Origin: Gemmatimonadales bacterium
GTDB taxonomy: Bacteria > Gemmatimonadota > Gemmatimonadetes > Gemmatimonadales > GWC2-71-9
Length of the DNA: 38,016 bases
Direction of reading: 5' to 3'
Assembly (NCBI GenBank): GCA_035278325.1
Contig: DATEJD010000085.1
Span: 1 to 38,016, forward strand
Part shown: positions 34,965 through 38,016 of the stretch, in pieces
How positions within the stretch are numbered: the stretch's first letter is position 1
How the letters are laid out: each line of letters begins with the position of its first letter
Made by a program: the position numbers and the translations under genes
The notes under the pieces: model-generated
The model's input: the letters and a program-made list of their open reading frames with translations, nothing else
Told to the model about the DNA's origin: nothing
Database searches by the model: none

Positions 34965-35018
34965 GCCAACACTGGCAAATCAGCTGCAGGCCCTATCGGC
35001 TGCATGCGCGGGTTAGGC
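34965..35018 (-). repeat. Repeat-family copy G: complete 54-nt imperfect palindrome flanked by AAC...GTT
   Basis: Plus strand GCCAAC-actggcaaatcagctgcaggcc-ct-atcggctgcatgcgcgg-GTTAGGC. The minus strand reads GCCTAAC...GTTGGC. The terminal boxes pair with one bulged T. It lies 6 nt after the stop of 35026..35535. Confidence 0.85.
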
Positions 35019-35025
35019 AGCGCGC

Positions 35026-35535
35026 TCACCGGCGCGTGGCCTCGTACTGCGCAAAGCGCTTCCAACCGCCCGCCCCGTCGGCGGCATCCAGGCGGATCGC
35101 CCAGGTTTCCGTGGCTGCGTCGTAGACGAAGGTATCGTGGAACGCTCCACCCGGATACGGAAAGTCCAGAATCAGCGAGTCACCAGCGGCCACACCAGTA
35201 GCCGGCGGCACGGAGTAGGCGGCCCCAAAATTGTCGAGCCAATGCCCCAGGATCCGCCCTGAGAGAGTATCGGGGCCAATGAACACGCGAGCCTCGTACT
35301 GCGGAGGTGTGTGATGGACATCCGCCATGTGGAGCTCCACAAAGCGGTGCTGCAGAACCCAGGCGGCGTCAAGCCGATAGGTAACTGGGCGCCCGCCAAC
35401 GGTGCCCGTCATCGTCCAGTGGCCAATCAGCTTCTCGAGCAACGGAACCGCTGGAGGCGAGGCCGCGGCCTGAGCAGGCAGGCGGCTCGCGCAACAGGCT
35501 CCGACTACGATGATAAGTCCGAGGTAACGCCGCAT
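35026..35535 (-). CDS. DUF1579-like secreted protein
   Basis: Signal MRRYLGLIIVVGACCASRLPAQA. LIGHWTMTGTVGG...HWLDNFGAAY. The family is recalled from memory. Confidence 0.6.
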   Translation of the reverse strand: MRRYLGLIIVVGACCASRLPAQAAASPPAVPLLEKLIGHWTMTGTVGGRPVTYRLDAAWVLQHRFVELHMADVHHTPPQYEARVFIGPDTLSGRILGHWLDNFGAAYSVPPATGVAAGDSLILDFPYPGGAFHDTFVYDAATETWAIRLDAADGAGGWKRFAQYEATRR

Positions 35536-35566
35536 GTGAGCCCCAAGGAACGGGAGAAGCGGTCAC

Positions 35567-35623
35567 GCCGCCTAACGACGGGCAAATCAGCTGCAGGCCC
35601 TCATCTCAACGCCCGCACAAACC
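35567..35623 (+). repeat. Repeat-family copy H: inverted orientation relative to copies A-G
   Basis: Plus strand gccgCCTAACgacgggcaaatcagctgcaggccc matches the left arm of copy G (gccaacactggcaaatcagctgcaggccc). It is followed by ctcaacgcccgcacaaacc. It lies between the ADOP permease stop and the DUF1579 gene start. Confidence 0.7.
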
Positions 35624-35634
35624 TACGCGTCCTT

Positions 35635-38016
35635 TTACTCCGCCCTCAGCGTAATCGCCGGATCGAGCCGCACGGCCCGCCAGGCCGGCCCCCAGCAGGC
35701 AAGACCCGACACGCCGAGCAGGAGCACGACCACGCTGCCGTAGGTCACCGGATCGAGCGCCGGCAGCTCGAAGAGGAGTGCGGCGAGCGAGCGGCTGGCC
35801 GCCCATGCCAGCACCAGCCCGAGCATGACGCCCACCCCTGCCAGCGCCATCCCCTGGCGCAGCACCAGCGCCAGGATGTCGCGCGACGAGGCGCCCAGCG
35901 CCGAGCGCACGCCGATTTCGCGAGTGCGCTCGGCGACGCTGACCGACAGGATGCCGTAGAGCCCGATCGCGGCCAGCGCCAGCGCCGCGACACCGAAGGC
36001 CTCGAACACGACGAGCGCGAAGTGCCGGTCGGCCACCGAGGCTTCGACCAGGTCGCGCATGGTCGCGACCCGCATCACCGGCTGGTCTTTGTCCACCGAC
36101 CAGATCGCGGCCCGCACGGCGGGGGCCAGCCTCGCGGGAGCCCCCCGCCCGCGAACCACCAGCGACACCTGCCGGTCCACCCAGTGCCACTGCGTGGGCG
36201 TCACGTACACCGCGCTCGCGGTCGAGAGGCCCAACGCCGTCTGCCGCACGTCGCCGACGACGCCGACGATCGTGTACCAGTCGCCCTCGGGATCGCCAAA
36301 CCGAAGCCGCCGCCCCATGGGGTCGCCGCCGGGAAACGCGGCCCGCGCGAACGCCTCGCTCACCACGACCGCGCGTGGGCTCGACCGGCCGTCGTGCTCG
36401 TTCAGCAGCCGGCCGGCGCGGAGGGGAATGCCCATGGCCGCGAAGTAGCCGGGCGTGACCGCATAGCGAAGCGCCGAGCCGTCGTTCGCGGGATCGGCCT
36501 CGCGCTCGAGGTGCACGCCGTAGATGTCCAGGTCGCTGCTCAGCGGCAGCTGGCTCGTGTAGGCGGCCGCCGCGACGCCCGGCACCCTGCGCACGGCCTC
36601 GAGGCTCTGCTCGAGGAAGCGGTAGCGCACGCTGTCCGCGTCGTAGCGGTGGCCCGTGACCTGGACCTGCATCGTGAGGAGTGGCGCGTCGTCGAAACCC
36701 GTGTCCACGGCCAGGAGCCGCGACAGGCTCCGGAACAGCAGGCCCGCGCTCACCAGCAGCACCAGCGCGAGCGCCACCTCGGCGACCACGAGCGAGCCTC
36801 GGGTGCGCCGGTAGTCGCCCGCGAAGCGCCGGGAGTTCCGCTCTGCCCCGGCCGTGAGCGCCGGGGTCGATGCCTGGAGCGCCGGGACGATGCCCACGCC
36901 GATCCCGATGACGGCGCTCAGGCCGAACGCGAACCCGAGCACCGCGGTGTCCACCCGGATGGCGTCGAGCCGGGGGAGCCCCGCCGGGCTCAGCGCCACC
37001 AGAGCCTGGACGCCGAATGCCGCGACCGCGAGCCCGAGCGCGCCGCCCACCACCGCGAGCAGCAGGCTCTCGGTGAGGAGCTGGCGCACGAGCCGGGCTC
37101 GGCCGGCCCCGAGAGCCGCCCGCATGGCGAACTCCCCGCGGCGCTGGGCGCCGCGGGCGAGCAGCAGATTGGTCACGTTGACGCCCGCGATCGCGAGCAG
37201 CAGGAGGACCGCCGCGACGACGGCGAGCAGCGCCGGGCGCACGCCCTCCGTCACCTCATCGCGCAGCGAGGTCAGCCGCATCCCTGCGCTGAGGTCGGCC
37301 CACGGCACGCGCGGCAGCTCGGGCAGCGGCGAGCGAGCGATGGACGCGAGCTCGTCGGCCGCGGCGTCGTGGTCCATCCCGGACCGAAGCCGACCGAGCA
37401 TGCGGAGGTGATGTCCCCATTCCCGACTGTCGGGCGCGAATGACTCGCCGTACTGGAGCGGCGCCCACACCTGCGCCGACGGCGCGAGGAGGTTCTCGAA
37501 TCGGCCTGGCATCACGCCGATGACGGTGAATGGCGTATCGTCCAGCGTCACCGTCCGGCCCACGATGTCGCGGTCCGCGCCCAGCCGCTGCCACAGCGCA
37601 TGGCCGAGGATGACCACGTCGGGGCCGTTCGGGCGATCGTCCGCCCCGGTGAAGTCGCGCCCGAGCAGCGGTGCCACGCCGAGGGTCCGGAAGTAGCCGG
37701 CGCTCACCCGCTGCCCGTCGAGTCGCTCGGGAACGTCGCGCCCGCCGAGGGTCGGCTGCCAGGCCTTGATCACGGCGAGCGAGGCGAAGGCGTGGCTGCG
37801 CTGCGCCAGCTCGCGGTAGGTCCCGTAGGTGATGTCGAGCCGGGCGCCGGCCGTGCTGATCTCCGAGATCGTCACCAGGCGCCCCGGCTCGGGATACGGG
37901 AGCCGCTCGAACAGGACGGGATTGACCGTGCTGAAGATGGCCGTGGCGGCGCCGATGCCGAGGGCCAGGGTCAGCACGGCGAGCGAGGTGAACGCCGCGT
38001 CCTTCCGGAGGCGCCG
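35635..38016 (-). CDS. ADOP-family duplicated ABC-transporter permease (MacB/FtsX-like), 5' end outside the window
   Basis: Two MacB_PCD-like extracytoplasmic regions and two FtsX 4-TM modules (...ERTREIGVRSALGASSRDILALVLRQGMALAGVG...). The frame stays open to position 38016 (RRLRKDAAFTSLAVLTLALGIGA...). Confidence 0.85.
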   Translation of the reverse strand, partial: RRLRKDAAFTSLAVLTLALGIGAATAIFSTVNPVLFERLPYPEPGRLVTISEISTAGARLDITYGTYRELAQRSHAFASLAVIKAWQPTLGGRDVPERLDGQRVSAGYFRTLGVAPLLGRDFTGADDRPNGPDVVILGHALWQRLGADRDIVGRTVTLDDTPFTVIGVMPGRFENLLAPSAQVWAPLQYGESFAPDSREWGHHLRMLGRLRSGMDHDAAADELASIARSPLPELPRVPWADLSAGMRLTSLRDEVTEGVRPALLAVVAAVLLLLAIAGVNVTNLLLARGAQRRGEFAMRAALGAGRARLVRQLLTESLLLAVVGGALGLAVAAFGVQALVALSPAGLPRLDAIRVDTAVLGFAFGLSAVIGIGVGIVPALQASTPALTAGAERNSRRFAGDYRRTRGSLVVAEVALALVLLVSAGLLFRSLSRLLAVDTGFDDAPLLTMQVQVTGHRYDADSVRYRFLEQSLEAVRRVPGVAAAAYTSQLPLSSDLDIYGVHLEREADPANDGSALRYAVTPGYFAAMGIPLRAGRLLNEHDGRSSPRAVVVSEAFARAAFPGGDPMGRRLRFGDPEGDWYTIVGVVGDVRQTALGLSTASAVYVTPTQWHWVDRQVSLVVRGRGAPARLAPAVRAAIWSVDKDQPVMRVATMRDLVEASVADRHFALVVFEAFGVAALALAAIGLYGILSVSVAERTREIGVRSALGASSRDILALVLRQGMALAGVGVMLGLVLAWAASRSLAALLFELPALDPVTYGSVVVLLLGVSGLACWGPAWRAVRLDPAITLRAE

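Larger units (their letters stand above)
17938..35623 (-). other. Cassette-like accessory gene array delimited by the repeat family (CALIN-like hypothesis)
   Basis: At least 17 copies of one element lie at gene 3' ends. Genes are small, unrelated and mostly co-oriented. Spacing between copies is 0.4-2.5 kb. No integrase is visible in the window. Confidence 0.35.

Noticed and set aside
34973-34988. Sigma-54-like TGGCAA-N5-CTGCA inside repeat copy G on the plus strand (also GGGCAA-N5-CTGCA at 35580-35595 in copy H)
   Set aside because: The spacing is correct, but transcription would run antisense into minus-strand genes and no plus-strand ORF lies downstream. It is more likely a by-product of the repeat sequence.
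35311-37443. 710-aa ORF on the plus strand
   Set aside because: It is antisense to the ADOP permease, whose FtsX/MacB motifs are clear. The composition is Arg/His/Pro-rich with no domain.

Overview
This is a GC-rich bacterial chromosomal window. An ADOP-type duplicated permease, a sigma-54 activator and the overall gene content suggest an Acidobacteria- or Gemmatimonadetes-like soil organism, but that is inference only. I found no rRNA, tRNA, CRISPR array, transposase or integrase.

The window splits into two blocks.

(1) About 0.7-14.9 kb is a core-like envelope and regulatory block. It contains panE, an M28-like lipoprotein, a VOC protein, a HAMP histidine kinase with an NtrC-type sigma-54 activator, a pal / class A PBP / erythromycin-esterase-like operon with overlapping stop and start codons, a non-canonical Nramp, and a GT-C plus GT2 glycosyltransferase pair. 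The kinase/regulator junction carries a 37-bp tandem triplication. Three -24/-12 (sigma-54-like) promoter candidates sit in front of the envelope genes.

(2) About 15-35.6 kb is a dense run of roughly 35 small, functionally unrelated genes, mostly on the minus strand. They include VOC/glyoxalase proteins, cupins, NTF2-like proteins, YciI, DUF1579, DUF488, small lipoproteins and membrane peptides, a Kelch protein, MtfA, an ArsR-SRPBCC pair, and immunity-like proteins.

The main finding is in block 2. A conserved element of about 30-40 nt sits at or just after the stop codon of most of these genes. Read in coding orientation its consensus is GCCGCCTRACCCGCAAATGCAGCCGACAGG. It contains the integron-type GCCTAAC/GTTAGGC core, and some copies form imperfect palindromes with bulged bases. 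This looks like an integron-cassette-like (CALIN-like) array, or alternatively a new REP/terminator-like repeat family. Canonical complete attC sites could not be confirmed by eye.

Many long ORFs in the supplied track are antisense or out-of-frame artefacts of the high GC content.
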